The notes under the pieces: generated by a model
The model's input: the letters and a program-made list of their open reading frames with translations, nothing else
What the model was told of the DNA's origin: nothing
Database searches by the model: none
Shown here: in pieces, positions 9,443 to 18,720 of the stretch
How positions within the stretch are numbered: position 1 is the first letter of the stretch
Layout: the number at the start of each line of letters is the position of its first letter
Translations under genes and position numbers: made by a program
Assembly (NCBI GenBank): GCA_038890155.1
Contig: JAWAFZ010000005.1
Location: forward strand, 505 to 64,504
Length of the DNA stretch: 64,000 bases
Direction: 5' to 3'
Source of the DNA: Candidatus Caldarchaeum sp.
Lineage (GTDB): Archaea; Thermoproteota; Nitrososphaeria_A; Caldarchaeales; Caldarchaeaceae

Positions 9443-10444
9443 TTATTTTCCTTCCTGCAGGTCTTCGACGCCTCTCTCGGTGATTTTGAAGTATGCTTCG
9501 GCTGTCGGCGGGTGGTAGGGGCTGTCTATGATGCGGGCGAGTCGTGTGTTGTTGGCTGCTCTCCGGATGAAGATGCGGTATGTGCTGCTGTGGGCTAGTA
9601 CGTGGCCTCCGCTGGGTTTGTTGGGGTCGCCGAAGAACTGGTCGGGGTTGGCTTGGACTTGATTGGTCACGACGACGGCTACGTTGTGGACTTGGGCTGT
9701 GCGGAGAATCCTGTGAAGCAGGTCGTTCAACCGCTGCTGCCTCTCAGCCAACGTCCCACGCCCCACGTACTCGGCCCTGAAGTGTGAGATGATCGAGTCG
9801 ACGACGACAAGCCGCGCCTTGTACTTCTCGATGTACCGGCCAAGCTCCTTGACCGTGAGCTGTAGATGACTGGAGTTGTAGACGCTGGCGAATATTACGT
9901 TCTCCAGTATCTTCTGCGGGTCGAGGCCACGAGCCTCAGCTATCTGGCTTACTCTCTCAGGCCTGAACGTTGCCTCCGTGTCGATGTAGATGGCCGTGCC
10001 CTCAAGCCCTCCCTGCTGGCGTGGAAGCTGCGTCATAACACAAAGCGTGTGGCAGAGCTGGGTTTTGCCGCTGCCGTACTCGCCTATCAGCTCCGTGATA
10101 GCCTGCGTCTCCACACCACCGCCCAGCATCGAGTCGATGGCGTTCGACCCCGTGGTAACCCTCTGCATGGCCTTCCTCCTCTCCAAAACCTCCGTGGCCG
10201 GGACGAACTCCTTGTCGAGGAAGCCGCTCTCGATGAGCAGAAGCCGCGCCTTGAGACACAGCTCCTCAGCCTTCTCAGAGCTCAGCCCAATCTCCACAAG
10301 CTCCCTAGGCGTAGCAGCCGCCAAGTCCAGCACCGACGTTATTCCGGCGGCGTTGAGCTTCTCCTCCGTCGCCTTGCCCACGCCCTCGACGCTCTGAAGG
10401 TCGAAGACATCCAGCTCCTTCTCAGCCGCTTTCTTAACCACCAT
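9443..10444 (-). CDS. radA: DNA repair and recombination protein RadA
   Basis: N-terminal HhH, GEYGSGKTQ Walker A, YIDTEATFRPER, GRGTLAERQQ; no intein. Confidence 0.98.
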   Translation of the reverse strand: MVVKKAAEKELDVFDLQSVEGVGKATEEKLNAAGITSVLDLAAATPRELVEIGLSSEKAEELCLKARLLLIESGFLDKEFVPATEVLERRKAMQRVTTGSNAIDSMLGGGVETQAITELIGEYGSGKTQLCHTLCVMTQLPRQQGGLEGTAIYIDTEATFRPERVSQIAEARGLDPQKILENVIFASVYNSSHLQLTVKELGRYIEKYKARLVVVDSIISHFRAEYVGRGTLAERQQRLNDLLHRILRTAQVHNVAVVVTNQVQANPDQFFGDPNKPSGGHVLAHSSTYRIFIRRAANNTRLARIIDSPYHPPTAEAYFKITERGVEDLQEGK

Positions 10445-10474
10445 GGCTGTTCGAGCTTCTACCGGTTTGGGAGG

Positions 10475-10482
10475 TTTATAAA
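10475..10482 (-). promoter_or_regulatory. Probable TATA box of radA
   Basis: TTTATAAA about 30 nt upstream of the ATG at 10444. Confidence 0.6.
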
Positions 10483-10513
10483 ATGTGGCGGCCTCCGTGC
10501 GGGGGGGAGGGGG

Positions 10514-11137
10514 TCAGACAGCCTCCGCCAAAACCAGACGATGTCCCAACGCCCTCTTCAAAGCTTTTGCGATGGAGAAGCAGAGTGGAACGAGGTAGAG
10601 CGCTGCTAGGGCGTTGAAAGCCGCCGTGAAGCCTGTTATGAGCGTTGCGACGGCGAGGTCGGAGTCGACCACGTAGCCGGCTGTGGACAGCACTCTTTTG
10701 CCGAAAGGCAGGTAGATGGTGGGGAAGAGCAGGTAGTAGAGGGCGAAGGTTATCGGAGCCATGACTCCAGCCCTAGTCAAAACCGCCATGGCTGTTGCGG
10801 ACGCTGTCTGGGCTTTTCCAAACCTCTTGGAGATTCTCGTGCCCAAGTAGACGCCGAGGAAAGTGGCCAGCACTGCGGTCAGCTTCATAAGCTGCGGGAT
10901 GGGCGGAGGGGCGAATACTCCTTGGGCGGTTATCACTAGCCCGTACCAGTGGGCGAGGGCTGTTATCAGGCCGTACTTCCATCCGAAGATGATGAACGAC
11001 AGCAGGTCCGGTATCTCGGCTAGGTCGAAGCGTAGGAACGGCAGAAGCGGGAAAGGTATGCTGGCCGGCGCTAGCCCCATCACGTAGGCCAAGGCCGCGA
11101 AAGACGATGCTCCTGCTAGATTTTTCACCTTATTCAT
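10514..11137 (-). CDS. ECF transporter S component (RibU/PanT-like)
   Basis: PFLRFDLAEIP motif, multiple TM helices. Confidence 0.75.
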   Translation of the reverse strand: MNKVKNLAGASSFAALAYVMGLAPASIPFPLLPFLRFDLAEIPDLLSFIIFGWKYGLITALAHWYGLVITAQGVFAPPPIPQLMKLTAVLATFLGVYLGTRISKRFGKAQTASATAMAVLTRAGVMAPITFALYYLLFPTIYLPFGKRVLSTAGYVVDSDLAVATLITGFTAAFNALAALYLVPLCFSIAKALKRALGHRLVLAEAV

Positions 11138-11208
11138 ATGGATAGGTTGTTTTTTCGGTAGAATATAAGTATGATTTTTCGTGAAAATAGGTTAACTTTT
11201 TAGTAAAA

Positions 11209-11514
11209 TTATTTCTTCACTACTATCTCCCTTCCCAGAGAAACAGCCCTATCGAAGACGGCGGGAGACCTCGGAGCAACAACCCTCGAACGCCCCACCT
11301 CATAGATAGTGACGAGCCCCGCTTTCTCGAGCGTCTTGACGTGTTTGTATGCTAGGGCATACCTTGTCTTGGTAAGCTTGGCTACAGCCTTGATGTGGAG
11401 CGGGCGGTCGCTCGTCGAGACGACTTTCAGCATCTTGAGCCTTAGCGGGTTGCCGAGAGCCGAGAAGACTTCAGACAGCTCTTTCAACGCTTCGTCGTCA
11501 ACGTCTTCCGCCAT
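11209..11514 (-). CDS. ArsR/SmtB-family winged-helix regulator
   Basis: FSALGNPLRLKML, HVKTLEKAGLV. Confidence 0.85.
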   Translation of the reverse strand: MAEDVDDEALKELSEVFSALGNPLRLKMLKVVSTSDRPLHIKAVAKLTKTRYALAYKHVKTLEKAGLVTIYEVGRSRVVAPRSPAVFDRAVSLGREIVVKK

Positions 11515-11550
11515 GTCAGAACCTAACAGTCAGCGCTTGCATGTAAACCT

Positions 11551-14280
11551 TTATTGTTTCATCATGCTCCTCAGGACGTACTGGAGTATTCCTCCGTGCC
11601 TGTAGTACTCGACCTCTATGCTGGTGTCCAGCCGCGCCGTGGCCCTGAAGACCGTAGTTCCGCCGTTCCTGTCAACCGCCTTGACTGTCAGCTTCTTCTT
11701 GGGATGCAGGCCCTCGGCTATGCCTGTTATGCTGTAAACCTCCGACCCGTTCAGCCCAAGCTGGCGCCAGCCCTCTCCCTCCTCAAACTGCATCGGCAGC
11801 ACGCCCATTCCAACCAAGTTGCTGCGATGAATCCTTTCGAAGCTCTCAGCTATCACCGCCTTCACGCCGAGGAGCATGGTTCCCTTCGCCGCCCAGTCCC
11901 TCGAGCTGCCGGCGCCGTACATCTTACCTGCCAGAACAATGAGAGGCGTCTTTTCAGCCATGTATCTCGTGGCGGCGTCGTAGATGGTCGCAACCTCGCC
12001 CGTAGGATGGTAGACCGTCCACCAGCCCTCTTTGCCCTCGACGAGATGGTTTTTGAGCCTTATGTTCCCGAACGTTCCCCGGATCATAACCTCGTGGTTG
12101 CCTCTCCGGGCTCCGTAGGTGTTGAACTCCTGCGGAGAAACGTTCCTGTCCATCAAGTACCTGCCAGCCGGGCTGGTCGGAGGGATGGCGCCGGCCGGAG
12201 ATATGTGGTCTGTCGTCACCCTGTCGCCGAGAAGCACCAGCACTCTCGCGTTCACGATGTCTTTGAACGGCGCCGGCTCGAGACTAAGGTTTTCAAAGTA
12301 CGGAGGCTCCCTTATGTAGGTTGAGGAGCTGTCCCATGCGAAGGCTTGGCCCGGCGGAGGGCTGAGCCTCTCCCACCTCTGCTCACCCTTAAGGATGTCG
12401 GCGTACTTCCGGATGAATATCTCGGGGCTGAGGGCTTCTGCGACCGCCTGCTTAATCTCCTCCAGTCTCGGCCAGATGTCCCTCAAGTAGACAGGAGCAC
12501 CTCCAGAGCCGACGCCTAACGGCTCGTTCAACAAGTCTACGTCGATTCTCCCAGCTAGCCCGTAGGCAACGACGAGCATCGGGGACATCAGGTAGCTAGC
12601 CCTTACCAGCGGGTTTATCCTCCCCTCGAAGTTCCTGTTCCCGCTGAGCACGGCCACGGTGTACAGGTTATTGGACCTGATCTCCTTAGCCACTTCTTCC
12701 GGCAGAGGCCCGCTGTTGCCTATGCAAGTTGTGCAGCCGTACCCTACCAAGTGGTAGCCAAGCTTTTCGAGGTAAGGCGTCAGCCCAGCCTTCTCCAAGT
12801 ACTCCACGACTGCGGTCGAGCCGGGGGCTAGGCTTGTTTTGACGTAGGGTTTTCTCGCTAGGCCCTTCTCGACGGCTTTCTTGGCTAGAAGTCCCGCTCC
12901 AACCATTACCGACGGGTTGGAGGTGTTGGTGCAGCTGGTTATCGCAGCGATGACAACCGACCCGTGGCTCAGCCCGTCCCCCGAAGCCTCCATCCTCCTA
13001 GACACTTGAGCTGTCTGGGTCCTCGGTCCTCCTCCCTCGTAATGCCAGGCCCCTGTATTCTCAGCTTGGACGGCTTGGCCGGCCTGCTTGAGATACTCCT
13101 CGATAAGCTGTCTTGTCCTCTTCTTGGCTTCACGCAGGGGAATTCTGTCCTCTGGGTTGGCTGGCCCTGCGATCGACGGCTCCACGGTTGAGAGGTCCAG
13201 CTCGACCACGGTTGTGTAGGCGGGGGTCGTCGACGGGTCGAAGAAAAGGCCTTGAAGCTTCGAGTAATGTTCGACTAGCTTGATGTGTTTCTCGCTCCTG
13301 CCTGTAAGCCGTAGGTAGTTCAGGGTTTCGTCGTCTACTGGGAAGTAGCCTATTGTTGCGCCGTACTCGGGGGCCATGTTGGCTATTGTGGCTCTGTCGG
13401 GCACGCTGAGCTTATACAGGCTGGGGCCGAAGAACTCGACGAACTTGCCGACGACGCCCAGCTTTCTCAGCATCTCGGTGATTGTGAGGACTAGGTCGGT
13501 GGCGGTCGTGCCTTCACGCAGCTCCCCCACAAGCTTCACACCTACAACCTCGGGCGTCTGCATGTAGTACGGCTGGCCGAGCATCACCGCCTCAGCCTCG
13601 ATGCCTCCAACACCCCACCCCACCACGCCCATTCCGTTAACCATCGGCGTGTGGGAGTCTGTGCCCAGCACGGTGTCGGGGAAAGCCGTTAACCCTTCCC
13701 CATCCACTCGTGCGTCAACAACCCTTGCCAAGTACTCTAGGTTGACCTGATGAACTATTCCACGGCCCGGCGGCACGACTCTGAAGTTGCTGAAAGCCTG
13801 CTGAGCCCATTTGAGGAACATGTACCGCTCCTCGTTCCTCTCAAACTCCCTCTCAAGGTTGAGAACAAAAGCCTCTGGAACACCGAAGTAGTCTACTTGG
13901 ATGGAGTGGTCTACAACAAGGTCGACGGGGATCGATGGGTTTACTTTGGACGGGTCTCCCCCTGCTCTGGACATCGCTGACCTCATCGCAGCCAAGTCTA
14001 CCAAGGCGGGGATGCCCGTGAAGTCTTGCAGGAGGACTCTAGTTGGCTTGAAAGGTATTTCACGGCTTCCGCCGTCTCGGTAGGATGCCGCAGCCTTGAC
14101 GTCTTCGTCAGTTATCAAAACGCCGTCGGCATTCCTCAGCACGTTCTCGACAAGCACTTTGATGCTGTAAGGTAGTTTGCTGAGCTTGAAGACCCCAGCC
14201 TCCTCGAGCTTGGCGAGCGAGTAGTAAGCGTAATCCTGTCCCTCCAGCTTGAAGCTGCTAAACACATCCTGCTTCAGCAA
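11551..14280 (-). CDS. acnA: Aconitate hydratase A
   Basis: RVLLQDFTG, DSHT, AAITSCTNTSNP, GYGCTTCIGNSG, GSSRDWAAKG. Confidence 0.97.
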   Translation of the reverse strand: MLKQDVFSSFKLEGQDYAYYSLAKLEEAGVFKLSKLPYSIKVLVENVLRNADGVLITDEDVKAAASYRDGGSREIPFKPTRVLLQDFTGIPALVDLAAMRSAMSRAGGDPSKVNPSIPVDLVVDHSIQVDYFGVPEAFVLNLEREFERNEERYMFLKWAQQAFSNFRVVPPGRGIVHQVNLEYLARVVDARVDGEGLTAFPDTVLGTDSHTPMVNGMGVVGWGVGGIEAEAVMLGQPYYMQTPEVVGVKLVGELREGTTATDLVLTITEMLRKLGVVGKFVEFFGPSLYKLSVPDRATIANMAPEYGATIGYFPVDDETLNYLRLTGRSEKHIKLVEHYSKLQGLFFDPSTTPAYTTVVELDLSTVEPSIAGPANPEDRIPLREAKKRTRQLIEEYLKQAGQAVQAENTGAWHYEGGGPRTQTAQVSRRMEASGDGLSHGSVVIAAITSCTNTSNPSVMVGAGLLAKKAVEKGLARKPYVKTSLAPGSTAVVEYLEKAGLTPYLEKLGYHLVGYGCTTCIGNSGPLPEEVAKEIRSNNLYTVAVLSGNRNFEGRINPLVRASYLMSPMLVVAYGLAGRIDVDLLNEPLGVGSGGAPVYLRDIWPRLEEIKQAVAEALSPEIFIRKYADILKGEQRWERLSPPPGQAFAWDSSSTYIREPPYFENLSLEPAPFKDIVNARVLVLLGDRVTTDHISPAGAIPPTSPAGRYLMDRNVSPQEFNTYGARRGNHEVMIRGTFGNIRLKNHLVEGKEGWWTVYHPTGEVATIYDAATRYMAEKTPLIVLAGKMYGAGSSRDWAAKGTMLLGVKAVIAESFERIHRSNLVGMGVLPMQFEEGEGWRQLGLNGSEVYSITGIAEGLHPKKKLTVKAVDRNGGTTVFRATARLDTSIEVEYYRHGGILQYVLRSMMKQ

Positions 14281-14326
14281 ACACCATCACTGGTCTCTCC
14301 CCTTTCCTACCACTTATTAAACTAGT

Positions 14327-14668
14327 TCAGCGTGGTTTCTCCTGCTGCTGCTTCTTCATGAGGTCTTCGAGCGTAAAGGTCGCCGGAGCCGTTGATGTTT
14401 TGGTCGCAGGCTTCTCCTCAACGACCACTTGCAGCAGGCTTATCTTGAAGAGTTTCTCGAGGCGTTTCACGAGGTCAAGCGGAGGGTTGAACTCGCCCTG
14501 CTCGATCTTCTTTATTATCGTCTCCTTGGTTTTGACGAGGTTCGCCAGCTCAGCCTGCGAGAGACCCATCTTCTCCCTCTCCCTCCTCACCACCCGACCC
14601 AAGTCGTCGATGTACTCGTACTCTACTTCAACGTCTTTACCAGAACGAGCGGGCTTAGCCATGTGCAT
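14327..14668 (-). CDS. mbf1: Multiprotein-bridging factor 1-like HTH protein, no Zn ribbon
   Basis: VRREREKMGLSQAELA..IKKIEQG..P..KRLEKLFKISL and C-terminal TLED motif. Confidence 0.75.
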   Translation of the reverse strand: MHMAKPARSGKDVEVEYEYIDDLGRVVRREREKMGLSQAELANLVKTKETIIKKIEQGEFNPPLDLVKRLEKLFKISLLQVVVEEKPATKTSTAPATFTLEDLMKKQQQEKPR

Positions 14669-14698
14669 TCAGTTGTATCGACAGAGTTTAAGTTTTTC

Positions 14699-15376
14699 CT
14701 AAATCATCAGCTGCTCAGCCATGCAGAGGACTCTCGAGACAACCGTCCAAGCCTCCAGCGGCTTGCGGTGTATCGACACCTTCACATCGGCCATCTCCTC
14801 AGTCTCTCTCATAAAGCCTCCGTGTGGAAAACCGCCGACAATCACCAGCGGCCTTCCATCCCTCAGCAAAGACTGAAAACGAACGGGGCTGAAGACCTCG
14901 CCCCTCTCCGTCATCAAAACCTTCAGAGAGGGCTGAAGCCTATCGACGAGCTGCTTCAGCGAAGCCCTTTCCAAGCTGAGCAGCCTCGTTCCCAACGACG
15001 ACACCACCTCGCCTTCTTCGAGCAGCTGTTCGACCAGCCCCTTGAACCTTTCGTAGACTCTCGGCAGCCTTACCGAGGGGTTGACGTGAACGATGAACCC
15101 GTCCCGTGTAGCTACGTAGGTCTCTAACAAACCGTTGAGGTTGAGTGGAGACCCCAAGGCCTCCAATAAGCTGAAATGAACTATGTCGGGTCTTCCACGC
15201 TTCTCCGCCTCCTGCAGGTTTTTCATCGCCCAGTGGTGGTAGGACCTGTCCAGCAGGATCTTCGACGGGTTTTTGCCAAGCCTCTCGGCGTGCCTCAACA
15301 CGGCTGGGTGTCTCTGGATCTCGGGGGGCACTATCTCTATGGCTGACTCGGCTAAAACAAGCAGAAGCTTCTCCAA
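14699..15376 (-). CDS. nep1: 16S rRNA pseudouridine N1-methyltransferase Nep1/Emg1
   Basis: LLDRSYHH, RGRPDIVH, VRLPRVYERFKGL, VGGFPHG. Confidence 0.95.
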   Translation of the reverse strand: MEKLLLVLAESAIEIVPPEIQRHPAVLRHAERLGKNPSKILLDRSYHHWAMKNLQEAEKRGRPDIVHFSLLEALGSPLNLNGLLETYVATRDGFIVHVNPSVRLPRVYERFKGLVEQLLEEGEVVSSLGTRLLSLERASLKQLVDRLQPSLKVLMTERGEVFSPVRFQSLLRDGRPLVIVGGFPHGGFMRETEEMADVKVSIHRKPLEAWTVVSRVLCMAEQLMI

Positions 15377-15419
15377 CGAGGATAAGCATAAACAAAGGCT
15401 GGAATAAACATTTGGAGCT

Positions 15420-15713
15420 TTGTCAAGGAGGAGTCAGCTGAACCACGTCAGAAAGGCTTTGGAATTCGCGGCCAAGACCTATCACGCCGACCCCGAGAGA
15501 GCTAGGAAAGCTGTTAGGCTCGCCATCAAGCTTTGCCAGAAGAACAGGCTCCGGCTTCCCGTGGATCTTAGGAGAAGGTTTTGCAGGAGATGCGCAACCC
15601 CCTTTGTGGGACCAACTACTTTCTCGGTCAGGGTTAGGAGTAGGAGGTCTCCGCACGTGGTCGTTTGTTGCCGTGTGTGCGGTCACGTTAGGAGATATTT
15701 GATAAAAAAGTGA
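15420..15713 (+). CDS. rnp4: RNase P protein component 4 (Rpp21)
   Basis: RRRFCRRC...CRVCGHVRRY zinc ribbon. Confidence 0.9.
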   Translation: MSRRSQLNHVRKALEFAAKTYHADPERARKAVRLAIKLCQKNRLRLPVDLRRRFCRRCATPFVGPTTFSVRVRSRRSPHVVVCCRVCGHVRRYLIKK

Positions 15714-15720
15714 GAGGTGT

Positions 15721-17208
15721 TTAGGTTTTCCTTCCCGATGCTCGGCTTATTACTATTGCCGGGCTGCATGCGCCGATGAACAGTGTGGTTAGAACAACCG
15801 CGGAGCTGGCGACGGCCATCATCAAGGGGTGGTAGAAGGAAAGGGCAGCGGCAAACAGGCACAGAGCACCGACCAACATTAGTAGCACGTGTCTAACCCT
15901 AATCCCCGTCCTGACTTTCAGAAACATCCGCACAGCCATCAGCGGCAGCGATAGGTAGACAACCCCCAACAAGAACGAAGCCGTCAAGCCGGCGACTAGA
16001 ACCGCCAGCTCCGGGTTGACAGCGGTCAGCGGGGATGCCGTAGCCTGGGACAGGTGAAGAACTCCAAGCAGCGGGTATATGGAGTACTTGACCAACGTCC
16101 TGAAGCCTTGGTTAGCGTACTCGGCCTCAGCCACGGCCGGGCTCCAAGAGTAGTAAAACGCGTTGAACACGTCCATGAACGTCCTTCCGGCGAAGGTCTG
16201 CAAGACGAAGCCGTCTCTAAACTGTCTAAGCGTTTGAACCGAGGGGTCAAGCTCCGAGCCAAAGGCTGCGGTCGCAATCAAACATCTGGAGGTTAAGCCA
16301 CCCTGAACAGTAACCGTTTGCAATATGACTGTGGGCTGGACTTGTGTAACTGTGTTGGTTATGGTTTGGGTTGCTGTTTCAACTCTCGTTACAGGAGATT
16401 GAACGGTCTGCGTCGTTGTCTGGATGAGTGTCGTGGGCGATGTCTCAACTCTGGTAGTTGTCGCTGTCGTTGCTGTTGAGACAGTTGTGGTCTGTGTCAG
16501 TGTGGCGGTTGTTCCCGTGGCTATGGTTGTTGTTGCAGTGGTTGTCTGAGTTGTGGTGGTGGTTTGTCTAACCGTGGTGGTGGAAACTAATCCAACTCTA
16601 GCAGTAATCCAAATTCTTGACCAAGCAACCCAGTCTTGGGCAGAAGTTTCGCCAGCCATGGCTATCAAAGCTATCTCGTATGAGTTTCCACGCGTCTCTG
16701 GAGGCAGGTCTACGGTGAACTCCCTTACACCGCCAGCATAAGTTATTTCTTGGTTGAGCAACGGTATTATGGTCGGCGGGCTGGATCCCGGGACGACGAG
16801 GTTTATTTGCACAGTGGCCCTTCCGGCTGAAGCTCCCTGGCGAAAGCCTACGGCTACTATCAGCCTCGCACCGCTAGCAGGAACATACACTGGGACACGA
16901 TACCGCCCCTCGATAAGGCCGTTATCAACCCATTTGGGGTGAGTCTCAAGAACCCAGCTATGCACACGCCCGTCGTTGAGAACATCGTTAAGGTGGTATC
17001 TCACATGCCCGATTGGGTCTGGGTCGGTTCCGAACGGTATCGTGGTATAGTCAGAGCAAGTTGGCAGAGTACACGTCGCCCAAACGGTTAGCGGGTCGTT
17101 GGCTCTAGAAATCAGGTTGTATATGGCTATCTCCTCCTGCGAAAAGACAACGGGTAGAGCAGCGGCTAATGCTATTAAGCATGAAGCTGCGAGAGCTATG
17201 TATTTCAT
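15721..17208 (-). CDS. Cell-surface protein with Thr-rich linker and CFI-box-CTERM-like domain
   Basis: Signal peptide from ATG 17208, long Thr-rich stretch, CLIATAAFGSEL..LRQFRD..FYYSWSP, C-terminal TM helices. Confidence 0.85.
   Translation of the reverse strand: MKYIALAASCLIALAAALPVVFSQEEIAIYNLISRANDPLTVWATCTLPTCSDYTTIPFGTDPDPIGHVRYHLNDVLNDGRVHSWVLETHPKWVDNGLIEGRYRVPVYVPASGARLIVAVGFRQGASAGRATVQINLVVPGSSPPTIIPLLNQEITYAGGVREFTVDLPPETRGNSYEIALIAMAGETSAQDWVAWSRIWITARVGLVSTTTVRQTTTTTQTTTATTTIATGTTATLTQTTTVSTATTATTTRVETSPTTLIQTTTQTVQSPVTRVETATQTITNTVTQVQPTVILQTVTVQGGLTSRCLIATAAFGSELDPSVQTLRQFRDGFVLQTFAGRTFMDVFNAFYYSWSPAVAEAEYANQGFRTLVKYSIYPLLGVLHLSQATASPLTAVNPELAVLVAGLTASFLLGVVYLSLPLMAVRMFLKVRTGIRVRHVLLMLVGALCLFAAALSFYHPLMMAVASSAVVLTTLFIGACSPAIVISRASGRKT
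16307..16584 (-). repeat. Low-complexity Thr-codon (ACN) rich linker
   Basis: Encodes TTTVRQTTTTTQTTTATTT...; approximate bounds. Confidence 0.7.
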
Positions 17209-17395
17209 AACAATTTGCAGCTTTTCAAACAGTATAAAAATGTTTCGACGGTTGCCGCCGTCCCCCAACTGCTCTTGACGTGGCGGAACCAGTCAGTCTC
17301 CTCTGAAACGCCGGTCATGATACTATCCCGGCCAACGACGTGATTAAACCATCCAAAAGCATCCTAAAATACGGATTGATGAGTCGTTATCCAGC

Positions 17396-17821
17396 TTGAC
17401 TGACGTCGTTCGAATGGTTGAGCCTGAAAAACTTATCCAGAGAGTAGCGTCTTATCTGAAGAACAACCAGGCGGTTAAGCCGCCCCTGTGGGCCATGTTC
17501 GCCAAAACATCGGTGGCGAGGACGGAGCCGCCGCGCAGCCCCGACTGGTGGTTTGTCAGAGCCGCGTCCATGCTGAGAAAGCTCTACGTCAAAGGCCCCC
17601 TCGGCGTATCACGCATGAGGAAGTTCTACGGAGGTAGACATCGTGTTGGGATGATGCCTCCGAGGTTTGCGAGAGGCGGGGGTGCGGCTGTGAGGAAGAT
17701 CATGCAGCAGCTTGAGAAGGCGGGTCTTGTCTCAACCGTTCCGAGAAAGGGGAGGACGCTTACTCCGGCGGGGGTTAAGCTGCTGGAGCAGGCTGCTCGA
17801 AGCCTATTGTCGAAGAAATGA
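17396..17821 (+). CDS. rps19e: 30S ribosomal protein S19e
   Basis: PPLWAMFAKT, DWWFVRAASMLRKLY, QQLEKAGLV. Confidence 0.97.
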   Translation: MTDVVRMVEPEKLIQRVASYLKNNQAVKPPLWAMFAKTSVARTEPPRSPDWWFVRAASMLRKLYVKGPLGVSRMRKFYGGRHRVGMMPPRFARGGGAAVRKIMQQLEKAGLVSTVPRKGRTLTPAGVKLLEQAARSLLSKK

Positions 17822-18058
17822 TTAGGAAAGATATCTGAGGAGGAGGTATACGGCTAGCAGGGCTATGATTAGTAGCGGGGAGGTACCTATGTACAAGCCG
17901 TCGAACCTCCATCCAATCAGTAAGAGAGGATTTATCTTATCCACGTCAGCCAGATATCTTGCCACGAACGGCAGCACAAGCAGGGCAAAGCCCAGCAAGA
18001 TGAGCGTCAAACCCAGCAGCGTAGACCAGCCTGTAAAAACATCCTGCTGCATTCTCAT
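17822..18058 (-). CDS. Small hypothetical membrane protein
   Basis: Two hydrophobic segments; ATGA overlap with the upstream gene. Confidence 0.7.
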   Translation of the reverse strand: MRMQQDVFTGWSTLLGLTLILLGFALLVLPFVARYLADVDKINPLLLIGWRFDGLYIGTSPLLIIALLAVYLLLRYLS

Positions 18059-18693
18059 TCCCCTCTGTGTCTGTTGAGTACGGAGATAACCTCCTCGTCG
18101 CTGAGCTGCTCAAACCTGTCGTAGAACTGGCCTATTGCGAAGAAGTCGGTAGGCGTCTCCAAGCACACCACTTCGTCGGCTATTCTCTTGAGCTTTTCAA
18201 CGCTTTCTGGCGGAGCGACCGGTATGGCGACCACGACCCTCTCAGCCCCCTTGCTCCGAGCCATGTGCACCGCAGCCTTCATCGTCAAGCCTGTCGCAAG
18301 CCCGTCGTCCACTAACACAACAGTACGTCCCCTGAGGTCCAGCATCGGCCTCCCCATCCTATAGACCTCAGCCCTCCTCCTCGCCTCCCTATTCTCCTCA
18401 GAAGCCGTCTGCCTGATGTATTCCTCTGAAGCTCCGACTATCCGTGCTATCTCGTCGTCGATAAAAATCGTTCCATCCTCCGCAACAGCTCCCACAGCCA
18501 GCTCCGGCTGGCTGGGAGCACCAATCTTCCGCGAAATCACGACGTCCAGCGGGCAGTTGAGGTATTTCGCCACCTCGAACCCCACCACCACACCTCCCCT
18601 GGGTATGGCCAGAACAACGCATTCCCCCTGAACACGCTTCCCCAAGTGTTTAGCCAACCGGCGGCCTGCATCAGCACGGTCGAAGAACAGCAA
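18055..18693 (-). CDS. Phosphoribosyltransferase family protein
   Basis: FFDRADAGRRLA, AIPRGG, VVLVDDGLATG PRPP motif. Confidence 0.92.
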   Translation of the reverse strand: MLFFDRADAGRRLAKHLGKRVQGECVVLAIPRGGVVVGFEVAKYLNCPLDVVISRKIGAPSQPELAVGAVAEDGTIFIDDEIARIVGASEEYIRQTASEENREARRRAEVYRMGRPMLDLRGRTVVLVDDGLATGLTMKAAVHMARSKGAERVVVAIPVAPPESVEKLKRIADEVVCLETPTDFFAIGQFYDRFEQLSDEEVISVLNRHRGE

Positions 18694-18720
18694 CCCGTCA
18701 ATAATAACGGGCGGATGTTT

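Noticed and set aside
10501..10513. G-rich run between radA and the ECF gene
   Set aside because: Too short to support a G-quadruplex or phase-variation claim.
9866..10609. Long antisense ORFs in the track (this one, 11554-12324, 14429-15127, 26881-27666, 46050-46757)
   Set aside because: They lie opposite well-supported genes and have no motifs; they are shadows produced by codon bias.
17377..17427. TTGATGA...CTGA pattern overlapping the rps19e start (possible C/D sRNA)
   Set aside because: Internal boxes are poor and I could not match the guides to any recalled rRNA sequence.
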